Counted from the stretch's first letter, positions 27,494-40,748 are shown. The stretch: 64,000 nucleotides of DNA from the human T2T-CHM13v2.0 reference genome, Homo sapiens (GCF_009914755.1 NC_060932.1), one strand, 5' to 3'. Numbers and translations are program-made. The notes: generated by a model from the sequence alone, not told the origin.

Positions 27494-28532
27494 TGTGTTG
27501 GACACCCCCAGTGAGTCACCTACTTGTGCACCTCCCACCCCTTGACTGCAGGCAGAATCTATGACTTGATTCTAGCCCAGAAAATATGACAAAAGGGCTG
27601 TTGTATAACTCCCTGGACTATATTTCCTTATATGGCAAAGGTGAGAGCATCTCACAGATGTGATTCAGTTCCCCCTTCAGTTGTCTTCAGGTTCCTCAAA
27701 AAGGAGATTAGCCGGCTGGGTCTGGTCTAACCAAAAGAAAGGCCTTTAGAAGAGGGCTAAGGCCTTGACTGAGCCAAGAAGTCTCCAGTTGGCCTTGGCA
27801 TGAGCTGCCAGGTGCTATCAGGGCCTGAAAATTATGAGTGGCAGCTCAGAGATGAGAGTGGCCCCACGCTGACAGCCAGCAAGGAAACAGGGACCTCAGT
27901 CCTACAGCTGCAAGGAACTGAGCTCAGCCAACAACCATGTGAGCCTAGAAGAAGACCACCTGCTCCAGAAAGGGACCCAGCCCAGCCAACACCTTGATTG
28001 CAGCCTCATGAGAAACCTTCAGCCAGAGGCATCCAGCTTTGCCATCCCTGGACTAATGGCCCAAAAAAGCCATAAAATAATACACTCCGTGGAATACTAT
28101 GCAGCCATAAAAAAGGATGAGTTCATGTCCTTTGCAGGGACATGGATGAAGATAGAAACCATCATTCTAAGCAAACTATCACAAGGACAGAAAACCAAAC
28201 ACAGCATGTTCTCACTTACAGGTGGTTGTTGAACAATGAGAACACATGGACACAGGGTGGGGAACATCACACACCAGGGCCTGTTGGGGGGTGGGGACTG
28301 GGGGAGGGATAGCATTAAGAGAAATACCTAATGTAAATGACGAGTTAATGGGTGCAGCAAACCAACATGGAACATGTATACCTATGTAACAAACTGCACG
28401 TTGTGCACATGTACCCTAGAACTTAACGTATAATAAACAATAAAAATAAAAGTTAATAATAATAGTATGCTCATATTGTTCTAAGCCAGTAAGTTTGAGT
28501 GATTTGTTACCCAGCCATAGAAAACTAATATA
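27494..28532 (+). mobile_element. MLT1 LTR, interrupted by L1PA
   Basis: GACAGCCAGCAAGGAAACAGGGACCTCAGTCCTACAGCTGCAAGGAACTGA; terminal TTTGTTACCCAGCCATAGAAAACTAATA. Confidence 0.85.
28081..28463 (+). mobile_element. 5'-truncated L1PA (ORF2 end and 3'UTR)
   Basis: Encodes EYYAAIKKDEFMSFAGTWMKIETIILSKLSQGQKTKHSMFSL; L1PA 3'UTR G-tract and A-rich tail. Confidence 0.96.
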
Positions 28533-31091
28533 GGATACAAACACAAGTTATTTCTTCCACTAAGAAAACCCTCTCTTGACCTAACTTCTACTCTCAGTGC
28601 CCCCCTTTTATCTTTTTCCTTTTATAGCAAAAGACCTTCAAAGGGTAGGCCTATCTGTGTCTCCAATTCCCTCTAGTTCTCTCCCAAACTCACACCAATC
28701 AGGCTTCTGCTCCCATCACTCCTCAGAGTTGCTTTTCTCTAAGACCTCAGTGACCTCCATGTTGCTAAATCCAGTGGTGAATTCTCAGTTGTTCATTATT
28801 TGACCCAATCTGCAGCACTAGTACAGCTGATCACCCTCCTCATGTAAATTCTTTCTTCCTTGGCATCTGCCATACCACAATTGCCCAGTTTTCTCCCTGT
28901 CTCTCCGCCACTCCTTTTCAGTCTCCTTTGCTTGTCACTCTCTTCTCCATGGCCCATCAACATGGGGATGCCCCACTCTCACTTGCTCATGTCATTTGCT
29001 CTCATGGCTTTAGCTACCATCCATAAGTTGATGGCTCCCAAATGTAATACATCTCAGCCTAAGCCTTTCACTCAAATTCCAGGTTCATATATCAAATTGC
29101 CTACTCATCATCCCACCCAGGGGTCCAATGGGCATCTCAAACTTAATATGACCAAAATGGAACTCCAGATTCCTGCCCACCAAGCCTGCTGCACCTCTCC
29201 TCCATCTCAGTTAATGGAACTCCACCTTTCAGGTGCTCAGTCCAAAAACCCCAGATTCAGTATTAACTCACTCTTTATCTCACACACTGATTCGATCTCC
29301 CAGAATCCTTTTCTGTCTTCAAAATATAGCTAAACTCTGACCATTTCTCACAGCCCCTACTGCTAATCCTCTGTTCGAGCCACCTAATGTCTCCTAGATT
29401 ATGACAATAGCATCCTAACTGGTTTCTCAGTCTCTGCCATTCCCCACTAAACTCAACACACTAGCCAAAGTGAATTATCAAAATATGATGTCATATCTCT
29501 CCTCCAACTTTCCCACCACACCCAGAGTAAAACCTGACATCCTCACATGGAATTCAAGATCCTACAGGATCTGCCCCTGTTGTGTCACTCACCTCATTTC
29601 TGACCACTCTCTCCTTTGCTCGCTCTGCTCTAGCCCATTGTACCCTTCCTGTTCTTAGAACATGCCAGGCGGGTTCCTGCCTCAGGGCCTTTGCACTATC
29701 AATTGCTGCCTGTCTTTCAGATCTCTTTCCCCAGATAGCTGATAAATTCTTCCCTCATTTCCTTCATATCTTTATTCAATCTCATCTGCTTCTCTGGCCA
29801 CTCTACCTAAAATGTTAACCCCCCCAACACTTAGCCTACTGCTCTTTCTGCCTTATTTTTCTCCTTAGCATTCATCGCTATTTAACATTCTGTGTACTTT
29901 ATTTAATTTTGTTTAATGTCAATCTTCACTGGGAGATTGGGGTATACATTCTATGAAAGGCAAAGATTTTTGTCTTTTTTTTATTAATCACTATGTCCCT
30001 AAGTGCCTAGAACAGTGCCTGGCATGTACTGTTCAACATATATTTGTTAAGTGAATCATTGAGTAAATATAAAACGTTCAAAAACATTCTGCAGTATAGG
30101 AGAGCAACGTGCTCAGTTCTCAGAGAAGAATCTGTCCTATTCACTGTAGGGAACAGAAGAAAATATAGGAAATATGTTTCATGTGTGCAATAAAAATGTG
30201 AGAGGACTTTGCCAATTTTAGGCAAAATAAGTAGAAATTTCATGAAGAAACATAACAGCTAAATTATGTTCCACACTGGATTCAACACTGTAGAAAATCA
30301 ATCAGTGTTGTAAAGGATAGACTTGGTAACAATCTCTAAATAGAAAGGAAAAAATAGTCTGGCATTATGGGAAAAGGATGTGACCCAATTATTTTATACA
30401 TAATGACAACAGAAAATCAGTTTTTAAACATTCTAAGTTTAGAAAGTATACTTGAGTTCTCTTTCTGAAAAACTTCTTACAACATTCTCTAAAACACTGG
30501 AATCAAGAATAGAAGAGTTGTAGGAAGATGGGGGACCTCAAAAAGCCTGGTAATAAACATTGAAACTAAGTAGAATGGTCCAAATAATTTGCTTTAGGTG
30601 TGGTTATAAATTTGATGAAATAAATCAAATAAAGAAACAAAAAGCAGAAAGAGAAAAAGGAAAAGGAAACAAAAAGCCTCAAGTTGTTTAGGGAGGTCAA
30701 CAGTTTTTATTTTGGCATAAACCTTAAATAATTAGAAATGTAAAGTTATTTTCAAGCATTAAGGTACCCAATATTCTAATTAAAAACTGAATGTTAGTTG
30801 TAAAAGCTAGAAGTTAGCAAATTTTGGCATTGTAGATGATAAAAGCAAATAAAACAATGTATTTAGCAAGAGTATGATTTTAAAAATTTAATATCTATCA
30901 AAAAATCAAAATTATTTACAAATCACTGAAATCTTCTGTAATCTTATTTGACATTTAATCTACTTGATCAAAGACTGAAATAGTTTATTCAAATATCCCA
31001 CTATGGTTGTGGTCTTGTGACATAATCATATCTGATGTGTTTTAGAGATAATTTTTAGGAAGAAGTAAATTTTGATAAAGAAGAAAGGGCA

Positions 31092-31378
31092 GGCCGGGCA
31101 CGGTGATTCATGCCTATAATCCAGCATTTTAGAAGGCCAAGATGGGCGGATCACCTGAGGTCAGGAGTTCGAGACCAGCCTGGTCAACATGACAAAACCC
31201 TGTCTCTGTTAAAAATACAAAAACTAGCCAGGTATGGTGGTGCAGGCCTATAATCCCAGCTACTCGGGAGGCTGAGGCAGGAGAATCAGGAGGTGGAGTT
31301 TGCGGTGAGCTGAGATCGCTCCACTGTACTCCAGCCTGGTCAAAAGAGGGACACTTCGTCTAAAAGAAAAAAAAGAAG
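31092..31378 (+). mobile_element. AluS with small right-arm deletion
   Basis: GAGAATC|AGGAGG lacks ~10 bp of consensus; TSD-like AGAAAGGGCA on both flanks. Confidence 0.95.
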
Positions 31379-31982
31379 AAGGAGAAAGGGCATTTAACCT
31401 ACTGCCCATTTCTCAAGAAAGGTGACCAGTAGCAAAAGTAGGAAATGGGGCTCTCTATGGCTAGGAAAGGAAAGCAAGATCTCACCTGAGATATTAGGGA
31501 AACTGGAGGTCAGAGGAGGAAGAAAATGGGGAGAAGTGAAGGTAGCCAAGGCCTGAGATACCAAAAGCATGTGTTAGATCAAACCTGGTGGGAGGTCAGG
31601 GGCAGGCATCAAACTCAAGAGGCTGAAGGACGTGCTTGGAGCCAGCGGGGAGGACAAGAAGCAGGTCTGGAGAAAATGTTGGCAAGAAGTATGTATCAGA
31701 GGTGCCCTAAAAATGGCCAGGAGCCACAGAAAGCCAAACTGTTTTAGCAATGAGACCTTTCCTCCAAGTGAAACTCAATCAGCCACAAAGATGAAAGAGA
31801 ACAGCTCTGTCAAGAGCAGGGAGGGGGCCCGGAAACAACCCCCTAACTTCTCCCATACTTCAGAGGCAGCTGGGAATTGCTTTTATCGAATGTCTACAAT
31901 TCCCTGGAGCGAAGGTTGAAAACTGCAAGCAGGGCTACCCTGGGCAAATGTTTTTTGGTAGAGTCCTGTCTATATAAAGAAA

Positions 31983-32822
31983 TCTTATTATTTTGAGATA
32001 CGTCCCATCAATACCTAATTTATTGAGAGTTTTTAGCATGAAGCGTTGTTGAATTTTGTCAAAGGCCTTTTCTGCATCTATTGATATAATCATGTGGTTT
32101 TTGTCCTTGGTTCTGTTTATATGCTGGGTTACATTTATTGATTTGCATATATTGAACCAGCCTTGCATCCCAGGGATGAAGCCCACTTGATCATTTTTAC
32201 ACTGTTGGTGGAACTGTAAACTAGTTCAACCATTGTGGAAGTCAGTGTGGTGATTCCTCAGGGATCTAGAACTAGAAATACCATTTGACCCAGCCATCCC
32301 ATTACTGGGTATATACCCAAAGGACTATAAATCATGCTGCTATAAAGACACATGCACATGTATGTTTACTGAGGCACTACTCACAATAGCAAAGACTTGG
32401 AACCAACCCAAATGTCCAACAATGATAGACTGGATTAAGAAAATGTGGCACATACACACCATGGAATACTATGCAGCCATAAAAAAAGATGAGTTCATGT
32501 CCTTTGTAGGGACATGGATGAAATTGGAAATCATCATTCTCAGTAAACTATCGCAAGAACAAAAAACCAAACACCGCATATTCTCACTCATAGGTGGGAA
32601 TTGAACAGTGAGAACACATGGACACAGGAAGGGGAACATCACACTCTGGGGACTGTTGTGGGGTGGGGGGAGGGGGGAGGGATAGCATTAGGAGATATAC
32701 CTAATGCTAAATGACGAGTTAATGGGTGCAGCACAACAGCATGGCACATGTATACATATGTAACTACCTGCACATTGCGCACATGTACCCTAAAACTTAA
32801 AGTATAATAATAATAAAATAAA
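31983..32822. mobile_element. 5'-inverted (twin-primed) L1PA2-4 insertion: antisense ORF2 RT piece 31983-32194 plus sense 3' end 32195-32822
   Basis: - strand encodes [17 protein letters not shown]...[13 protein letters not shown]...[11 protein letters not shown]; + strand encodes ORF2 C-terminus, 3'UTR and tail; TSD ATAAAGAAATCTTA at 31974-31987 and 32823-32836. Confidence 0.95.
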
Positions 32823-32927
32823 ATAAAGAAATCTTAATTTTAAAATGGGCTATAAAATCCATGGATCCAATGTCAATTTCCTGGTTGATATTATACTATA
32901 CCTACGTAAGCGGTTACCGTAAAGGGT

Positions 32928-33253
32928 GCGACACTGGATTTTATGTGTCAGCTTGGAGAGTGTTTAGGGATGAAATTAACATTTAAATGGGTAAATTTCA
33001 AGTAAACAGATTGCCCCCCATAATGTGGGTGGGTCTCATCCAATCAGTTGAAAGCCTGAAAAGAACCAAAAGACCAGCTTCCCCAAGTAAGATGGAATCC
33101 TCCAGTACGCTGCCTTCGGACTTCATCTGCAACAATGGCTCTCCTGGGTCTCCAGCTTGACCATCTCACATTGTAGATTTTGAACTCACCAATCTCCATA
33201 ATCATGTGAGCCAATTCCTTATGATAAATCTCTCTCTCTCTGTTTACATACAC

Positions 33254-33292
<39 letters not shown>

Positions 33293-33339
33293 TAAACACA
33301 CACCCTATTGGTTCAGTTTCTCTGGCAAATCCTAACACA
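32928..33339 (+). mobile_element. MLT2 (ERVL) LTR containing (CT)n(CA)n microsatellite
   Basis: TTTTATGTGTCAGCTTG start, CCTATTGGTTCAGTTTCTCTGG...CCTAACACA end; (CA)n at ~33250-33303. Confidence 0.85.
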
Positions 33340-33625
33340 GGATTATTAGGGCAACTGGGCAAAGGGTGCATGGGACCTCTCTGGACTCTTCTTGCAACTC
33401 CCTGTCAATCCATAATAATTTGAAAATAAAAAGTTAAAAATAAAAGTCAGGGTCATGAAAGTCAAGGAGGGACTCATAGATTGTTCCAGACTGAAGGATT
33501 CTAGAGAGACATGACAGACCTCATTACCTGAGATTGGATCCTTTTGCTATTAAAGATGTTATTGGGTCAATTGGAAAAACATGAAAGGGGTTTCTGGGGC
33601 AGAATATATGAGAATTGTTAGTACT

Positions 33626-33662
33626 ACACACACACACACACACACAGACACACACACACACA
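33626..33662. repeat. (CA)n microsatellite
   Basis: Directly visible, one GA interruption. Confidence 0.95.
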
Positions 33663-33757
33663 AATTGTGTTTGAAGTTGTTTCAAAATAAGAGGTTAAAA
33701 AAATAATCTATGGATCCATGTAAGGTGTAGTGATTTATGGATGAAGATTTAGAATAG

Positions 33758-33949
33758 AGGTCAGCATACTTTTTCTGTAAGGGCTAGATAATAAACATTT
33801 TTTTTTCAGCCTTGCAAACCATATAGTCTCTGTCATCACCACTCAATTCTGCTGTTATAGCACAGAAAGCAGCCACAGAAAATACATGAACGAATGGGAT
33901 GGCCATATTTGGACTATGGCGGGCACAGGCTGAAGTTTGTCAATTCCTA
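33758..33949. mobile_element. MER58-like hAT-Charlie MITE
   Basis: GAGGTCAGCATACTTTTTCTGTAAGGGCTAGATAATAAAC...TCTCTGTCATCACCACTCAATTCTGCTGTTATAGC...AAAGCAGCCA. Confidence 0.8.
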
Positions 33950-34121
33950 GTTTTGAATAAGAGATGTATCTTTATTGACCAACTGGTGTGCCTGATGATT
34001 CTTTGTAGAGTACAGGCAGCATCTCTTCCTTCTCATGCCCAGAAACCATCTCCTCGTGCTCTTTAACAAATGTGCCATTCCTGGCTAACTTTCCATCTCT
34101 CACCTTAGGAATAAGATAGAA

Positions 34122-34427
34122 GGCTGGGCACAGTGGCTCACACCTGTAATACCAGCACTTTGGGAGGCCGAGGCAGGTGCATCACTTGAGGCCAGGAGTT
34201 TGAGACCAGCCTGGCCAACATGGAGAAACTCTGTCTCTACTAAAAAATACAAAGATTATCCAAGCGTGGTGGCACATGCCTGTGATCCCCAGATACTCGG
34301 GGGGCTGAAACACAAGAACCACTTGAGCCTGGGAGGTGAAGGTTGTAGTGAGTGAAGATTACCCCACTGTACTCCAACCTGGATGACAGAGTGAGACTCT
34401 GTCTCAAAAAAAGAAAAAAGAAAAAGA
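34122..34427 (+). mobile_element. Alu (S/J)
   Basis: Dimeric Alu with A-rich tail. Confidence 0.95.
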
Positions 34428-35949
34428 TAGCAATGTTGTTATTTACTTATAATACTGTAGCTCTTTGAAACCTATTTGCCCAGAAACCATAAACGTTTTC
34501 TTGCTTCTGCTGTTCCCTGGAATTGTGTATTTCACACCAATTATATCACTGTATGGGACTCTTCACTGTCCACATGCTTCCCTCAACACACTGCCCTTGA
34601 GAGGTATTGCCCTCAAGTTTGCAATACCTCTCAAAGCTGCTACCGTGCTTCCCTGATGAAGGTCACAAATGCAAGTCTACTTTGTATCAGGACTACCTGA
34701 TACATGGCACAGAGGGGATGAGGGACCACCTCAGATGCCAGTAGCAGGGGTGTGCAATGTAAAAGACCCCTGCCACTATCGCCATCACCTTAGGGTGCTG
34801 TAGACTGGAGGTGACACTGCAGGCAGAACATATTCGGGCAAGAGTCTGTGCATGAGGCTCAGCCCCAAGGGTTGCTGATGGACCCGAGGCAGATTAGAGC
34901 CCCAAATTCATCCTCGGCCTGACATAGGCGAGAGCTATCTGCAATCAGCATATCAGCACCATTCCTGCAACCAAATCTCATGCACACTTAAGAAAGAAAT
35001 GTCATGCCTGCCAGTGAAAGAGATACACTCAACAGAATGCTCTTCTGGAGTGCAGCCACAGGGCCTCAGTATAGCCCATAGGTGTGTGAGTCCTAGAGCT
35101 GCTTGAAGCATCACTTTGACCCTGTGCATGGGATAAAGGGTGAGGTGATATCCTAAAGATGAGAAAAGACCAGCATCCATTTGGATCCTGATTCAGGCTT
35201 ATAGCACCGGCTTAGACAACTGGCCCCCAGGATGGAAGGGGCACCAGGAGCAGAGATGAATGGGGCCATCTGCCCAGCCTATATCACACTGCCTTTGCCA
35301 CATCCCAATGAAATTATCACAAAACACAAGACAAATTGAATCATCAAAAATCAGTAGCACCGTAGGGGTGCAGGGGATGAGGTTATTAATTCCTGCTGAA
35401 GGGATTGGGATAAGCTGTGTGAATGTAAACCAGGCTTCATTGTAGAGATCATGCTCGAATAGCTGGGTGCCACAGCAGAAGCCCCTCGAGGTGGAGGACC
35501 TAGCAGTAAGTGCTGTTTGAGAAAAGGAAGGGCAAGAGAGAAACCTGGAAGGGGAGTCCATGGGGTCAGGGTGTAGAGAACACTAAATACCCAGAACTTC
35601 CAGTGGGGGCTTGTCACTGGATTCTTGAAGATGGCCAAGAAACATTGAAGGGAGAAAATTACCTGAGAGCAGAGAGGCAGTCACAGGGAAGATGATACAA
35701 ACACCTTAAAGAGCCAGGTTAGAACTAACGCAACCCAAGCCATCTCCATCTGGCCAGATCTCTTTTGGATACAATCATTAACACTGGAGGGATGGAGGGG
35801 TGGAGGGGTGGAGGGGAGCTCTCCAAGGAACTGTCAGCACCAGAGAGTGTTACAGCAGAACAGATAAGAGTAGCTAGTACCTGGGTGTGGGGAATAAGAG
35901 AAAAGGGGAAAAAAGTATTGTATTAGTTGTGGGGATTTTTTTCTTGCAT

Positions 35950-36485
35950 TTTATGATGTTTTTAACATCATAAATTTAAAAATTTACTAGCTGGAAGACT
36001 GCCACTCCCAGGGCTAGCCAAGTCTTAGAGATAACAAAATGCTCAGCCCCCAGGCGGCTTTCATATGCAAACCTACCAATCCTGAGTCTACAGCCCCAAA
36101 TACCTTTCTGTCTAAGGCTCACATACCAAGCTAATATTTCTTCTGTCCTAAATCATCCCAGGGCCAGGTACTAGGCAACTTGAGACTGCCCTTATAACCC
36201 AAAGCCTACCGGAATTAGTCAAACTCACCAATTTGCTTACTTTTCCCTGCCTTGCCTTCTCCATGGAAACCCCAAAGCCTATGGGTCAGGTTTTCCCCTT
36301 GCTCCATCTTCTGCCACCTGACCCAAGCCTGGTGCTACCCCTGTGGCCCTGCACAACACAGGGTGACCCTACTCAGTAAGACCTGTGAGTAGGAGAAACA
36401 TCTCCCTTCCAGACCTCAGTCTCCTTTCCTCCTGTGGCCACACTGACTTTACCTGACCATACCTAACATTTACATTCTTAGAATC
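35950..36485. mobile_element. Probable ERV1-class LTR
   Basis: CTCCCAGGGCTAGCCAAGTCTTAGAGATAAC...CCAGGGCCAGGTACTAGGCAACT resembles MER4-group LTRs; subfamily not resolved. Confidence 0.45.
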
Positions 36486-37199
36486 ACCATCTGTTTTCAT
36501 TCTTTACTCAATGAGTGTCCAGTGTCATATTCTATGTGCCATTTCTTGAGATTTATAGACTAGATACCTGGAAATGTTGTGGTTCCTTTCATATAAATAG
36601 AAAATGAGGAAGCGGGTGAAGTTTGAGGGTCAGGATCATGAGTCTGATTTGGGGATGTTGAGTTTTGAGGTGCTAGGCAGGGTGCACAAGTGTAGATGCC
36701 CTGAAAATGACAAATACAAGCCTGGACCTTTTTTTAAGTTTCTCTCTGACCTAGGACCTACTCCAGTCATTCAGAAATTCCTAACTCTAGATAAGCCCAA
36801 ACTCAAACGTGCAAGGAAGATGCTGGGTGTTCAGGAAGTGTTACATTAACTAATTAAAAGAAGCAATGGGCTGACCACTAAGAAACATGGGTTGAAGCCT
36901 AATCACTGTCCCTTGTTCTGGTAAAATTACTCCCCTCTCCCTTTCTAGGCCTCAATTTCCTCTTCTGTTAAACAAGAGAGTTGAACTGGATGTCTAAAGC
37001 TGCTGCCAGCTATAGTCCCACCCTTATCCTTATACTACTTCCCATCTTGGAGTTGAGCACAAAAGGATCCTTCTCAATAAAGCCCAAGTGCAATTTGAAG
37101 AGGTAAATATGGAACTTCCTCCTTCCCATCCTACATCCGGATTGGGTGGGCAATCACATCAAATACCAAGTGCCCCTTCCTTGGCCCATGCCCATCCTC

Positions 37200-37762
37200 C
37201 ACCCCAAGCTCTGTGTGGACCTGCCTCCAGCTCTACCTGATGACATTCTCATGGCTTCTTACCTGGAAAACAAGGCCCTTTACAGGCTGACCCCAACCTA
37301 ACTTTCTCGCCTCTCCCTTCCACATGCTTCATGCTCCAGCCATCCCTGCTGGAATTGTCGTCATTCCTTAAACACCTTCCTCTCCCCCACACCTCAGAGC
37401 CTTGCCTGTGCTCTCTCTCTCTCCCCCATCTGCAACACTCTCCCCACCTGGCAAATTCATCCCGTGCTTCAGACCAGAGCAAATGTGTCCTCCTCTTTGA
37501 AGCTTTATTTGAGCCCACTGGGAAGCGAGTTACTCACTCCCCACTAAATTTACCTTTATTTGCATGATTCTTTCATTATTTTATTTGCATGATTCTCTCA
37601 TTTGCATAATTTCTTTCATAAATTTACATTTATTTGCATGATTCTTTCATGATTCTGTCTTGCATGCTTACGCGATAATCTCTACAAAATCAGGACTGAG
37701 TCTTTAAACTCTTTGGGCTCACTACCATAACCAACAAGAAGCGCTTAATGAATGAATGAATG
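37200..37762 (+). mobile_element. L2 3' end remnant with local duplications
   Basis: CTCCCCACCTGGCAAATTCATCCCGTGCTTCAGACC...AAATGTG; ends GCTTAATGAATGAATGAATG. Confidence 0.65.
37558..37639. promoter_or_regulatory. Cluster of four perfect octamer motifs ATTTGCAT
   Basis: ATTTGCAT at 37558, 37583, 37600, 37632 and variant ATTTACAT at 37622; function unproven. Confidence 0.45.
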
Positions 37763-40445
37763 CTCTCAGAGAACTCAGTACAACCTCTATGATGGTATTT
37801 ACCATGTGTTATAATTATTTACGTTCTTTCTCCCCCATCCCCCCAGAAAACTAAAAACCATGGGATGGTGCTATTCATCTTTGTAGAGACTGTGAGAGGA
37901 ATAGTAGTCAACACTAGCTCTGGACTCAGGTTCTCCAAATACAAGACCCTCGTTCTCCCACTTTTAAGCTACTACCCTCAGGCAAGGGAGTCTTCCTAAG
38001 TCTTCATTTTTTAATATGTAAAAATGGACTAACGATAGAACCGACAGCATAGAGTTGGCCTCAATGTGAATTATATAAATCTGCGCAAAGCACTTAGCAT
38101 GGTACCTAGCAATGATATTAGCCAGTATTAGTCACTGTAGAGATGGTATTAATGCTGGTGGTAGCAGAGATTTCCCCACCACTTCACAAGGCTGGGCCCA
38201 TAGAAAAAATCGGTCATATCCATATGTGATTGAATGTGTGAAAAAGAGCTCACCTTTCAGGGCTCTATTCAGTGAATCAGCTCCAGGAATTGCCATTTGT
38301 GTTTCTGACAGCACCGAGCCCTGGTGGGGGTGGTATCCTAGCTTTCAGTCCAAGTTTTTGCAGAACATTCCTCTTCCCAGGCAACAGAGGTTCACGGCTG
38401 AAACTCAACTCTGCCTCCTCCCTATTGGATTTGATTCCATAGATTGGTTGCCCTAAAAGGTTGAAATTACAGTGTTCATATTGCTATAAAAGTCCTTGCC
38501 TCAGTGTTCCTGCTATTTGTTAAAATGTGTAATAGCCATCTCTGAGAACCTTGCGTTAAGAAACAGAGGGCGCACACCTGGGCCCTGGCTGCCAGCGGTA
38601 ACTGAAGCATCTCTGTGCTTGCACGAGGGAGCTGGGGACAGGTCTGCATACTGGGGGCTGGGGTGAGGCACACACCCTGACTCGGCTGGACTCTGGGGCT
38701 CACCAAGTTTCTGAGTGAGTGTTGAATCCTGGAAATGGGGGTGAAAGTGGGGACCAGGGGGAGGAAGGGCCTGAAGTTGAACTCTGAGGTACCTTCCTGC
38801 TAGCGAAATGCAAACAGGGCCCCCAGGCCTCAGCACAATTGGAATGCTGGCCCATGTTGCTCATTTGCAGGAAGAGGGGACTTGCCTAGAATATCACCTA
38901 AGCCGGCCTGTCCCACTAGCACGCTTCAGAATGTATCTACCTGGTTTGCTGTGTCCTCAGCCAGCTGTCTTTTTGGAAAGGGAGTCTGATAAACTAAACT
39001 CCTCCTCAAATGAACACAATCCCCCAAATTCCTTTTAACCTAAAACTCTTGAATTCAGTAATGTCCTACTCAAAGGAATGACTTTCTAATGGTGAAATTT
39101 CAAGCTAGAGGCATGTCAGTTCAGGAGAGATTTGGGAGCAGACTCGCCATCAAGAATCACTCAAATCACACAGGGAGAAGACCTTGTATATTCACCCAGC
39201 CCTGCTCTGCAAGGATGGCACAGCAAGGAAACAATAGTGTTATTTGGGAGGAGGGAGGATGTGTCTATTTTTAGAGTTCCTTGCAAGATTCTCTTCCACC
39301 CTCAACTCACATCAAAATTATAGCACTATCAGAGGAGCAAAGAGCCGAAGGGGACCTTTTCAGATGAAAAAACACAAAGAAGTTTGTAACTTATCCGAGA
39401 TTACACCATTCAAGAACAGGTCCCCTGATTCTTGGTCAGATGTTCCCATGATGTGTGGAAGATAGGTAACTCCCCCACTGCACCCCAACATGAGACCCCA
39501 GCAATGTGAAGACACCACGCAAGGCTTTGTTTCCTCCAGCTCCCTTCTAAAAGTCATTTAGTAGAAAACCAAATAGGAAACATTCCCTTCGCCACACTTT
39601 TCCTGCTAACTGCCATGACTTAAGTGCTTAGGGCTAGGGAGGAAGCCAGGAGAGAAAACTCCAAAAGAGCTCTGGGCACTCAGGCAGCTTTAAAAGATGG
39701 TGTTCGCAGCTCGTCTTCCTTTTTAGTAACTCGAAGAGTCATCCTGACCTATATAAAGCAAAGAACCTGAATGTTACAACCCTGCTTTGAAGAGGATCTG
39801 CCTCAGTGGAGTTCAAAGGGAATAAAAAACTAGGTCAGTTGCCCAGGGTTTTTAAAAAAGAAAAAAGGAAAGGGGGAGAAAAAGTTATATTTCTAGGGAA
39901 ACTGGTATCTTCCACCCTCTATTGTCTTGGTTTCTAACCAAATGAAATAAATAAACTCATAAGTTTTGAATTTATTTCAAATGGATGAGCCTGAATGCCA
40001 AAGAAGCATGAGTTAATTTAAGCCACTTCAGTTTGGGTCCATTCCTGTCTTTCTCTGGTTCCCTGTTGTGGGAGCATTCTGTCCCTACAGAGCACAGACC
40101 TGGGGGTTCATTCTTTCACCCGCAGTGCCCGCTGTGATGCAGCAGGTCCCATGTGGGGTCTCACAGCGGGAGCAACTGCCACTCTCTCCTCTCTCTTCAT
40201 CCTCTCATTCATTCATTCATCAAACATTCACACATCAACTCCGTTGTGCCAGCTCCTCCACCCTGACCCCCTGGGACGTAAAGGAAGGCACGCATCTGCA
40301 GATGGATGGCGTGCCTTGCTGGGGAGCCCCTCGCCCAGGCACTGTGCCCCTGTGTCTCACTCAGATCTCACAATGAGCCTGCAAGCAGACGTTGTTTTTC
40401 CCGGTTCACCAACAAGGCTCAGAGGGGAATTAAAGAACCCAGGGA

Positions 40446-40748
40446 GGCCAGGTATGGTGGCTCACACCTGTAATCCCAGCATTTTAGAAGGCCAAGGCTG
40501 GTGGATCACTTTGAGCTCAGGAGTTCGAGACCAGCCTGAGCAACATGAAGAAACACCATCTCTAAAAAAAATACAAAAATTAACCAGGAGTGGTGGCACA
40601 CACCTGCAGTCCCAGCTACTCAGGGGGCTGAGGCTGGAGAATCGCTTCAACCTGGGGGGCAGAAGTTGCAGTGAGCCAAGACTGCACCACTCTACTCCAG
40701 CCTGGGTGACAGAATGAGACACTGTCTCAAAAACAAAACAAAACAAAA
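40446..40748 (+). mobile_element. Alu (J/S)
   Basis: Dimeric Alu with (AAAAC)n tail; AACCCAGG on both flanks. Confidence 0.95.

Larger units (their letters stand above)
27250..30070 (+). mobile_element. L2 (L2a-like) 3' portion, interrupted by MLT1 and L1PA
   Basis: L2-like sequence breaks at ~27490 and resumes at ~28535 (ATACAAACAC...); CATCTCAAACTTAATATGACCAAAATGGAACTCC; ends CCTAGAACAGTGCCTGGCA...TTTGTTAAGTGAAT. Confidence 0.8.

Noticed and set aside
31935-32604. Reverse-transcriptase-like ORFs as an active element or host gene
   Set aside because: Short pieces of a truncated, rearranged L1; no promoter, ORF1 or complete ORF2.
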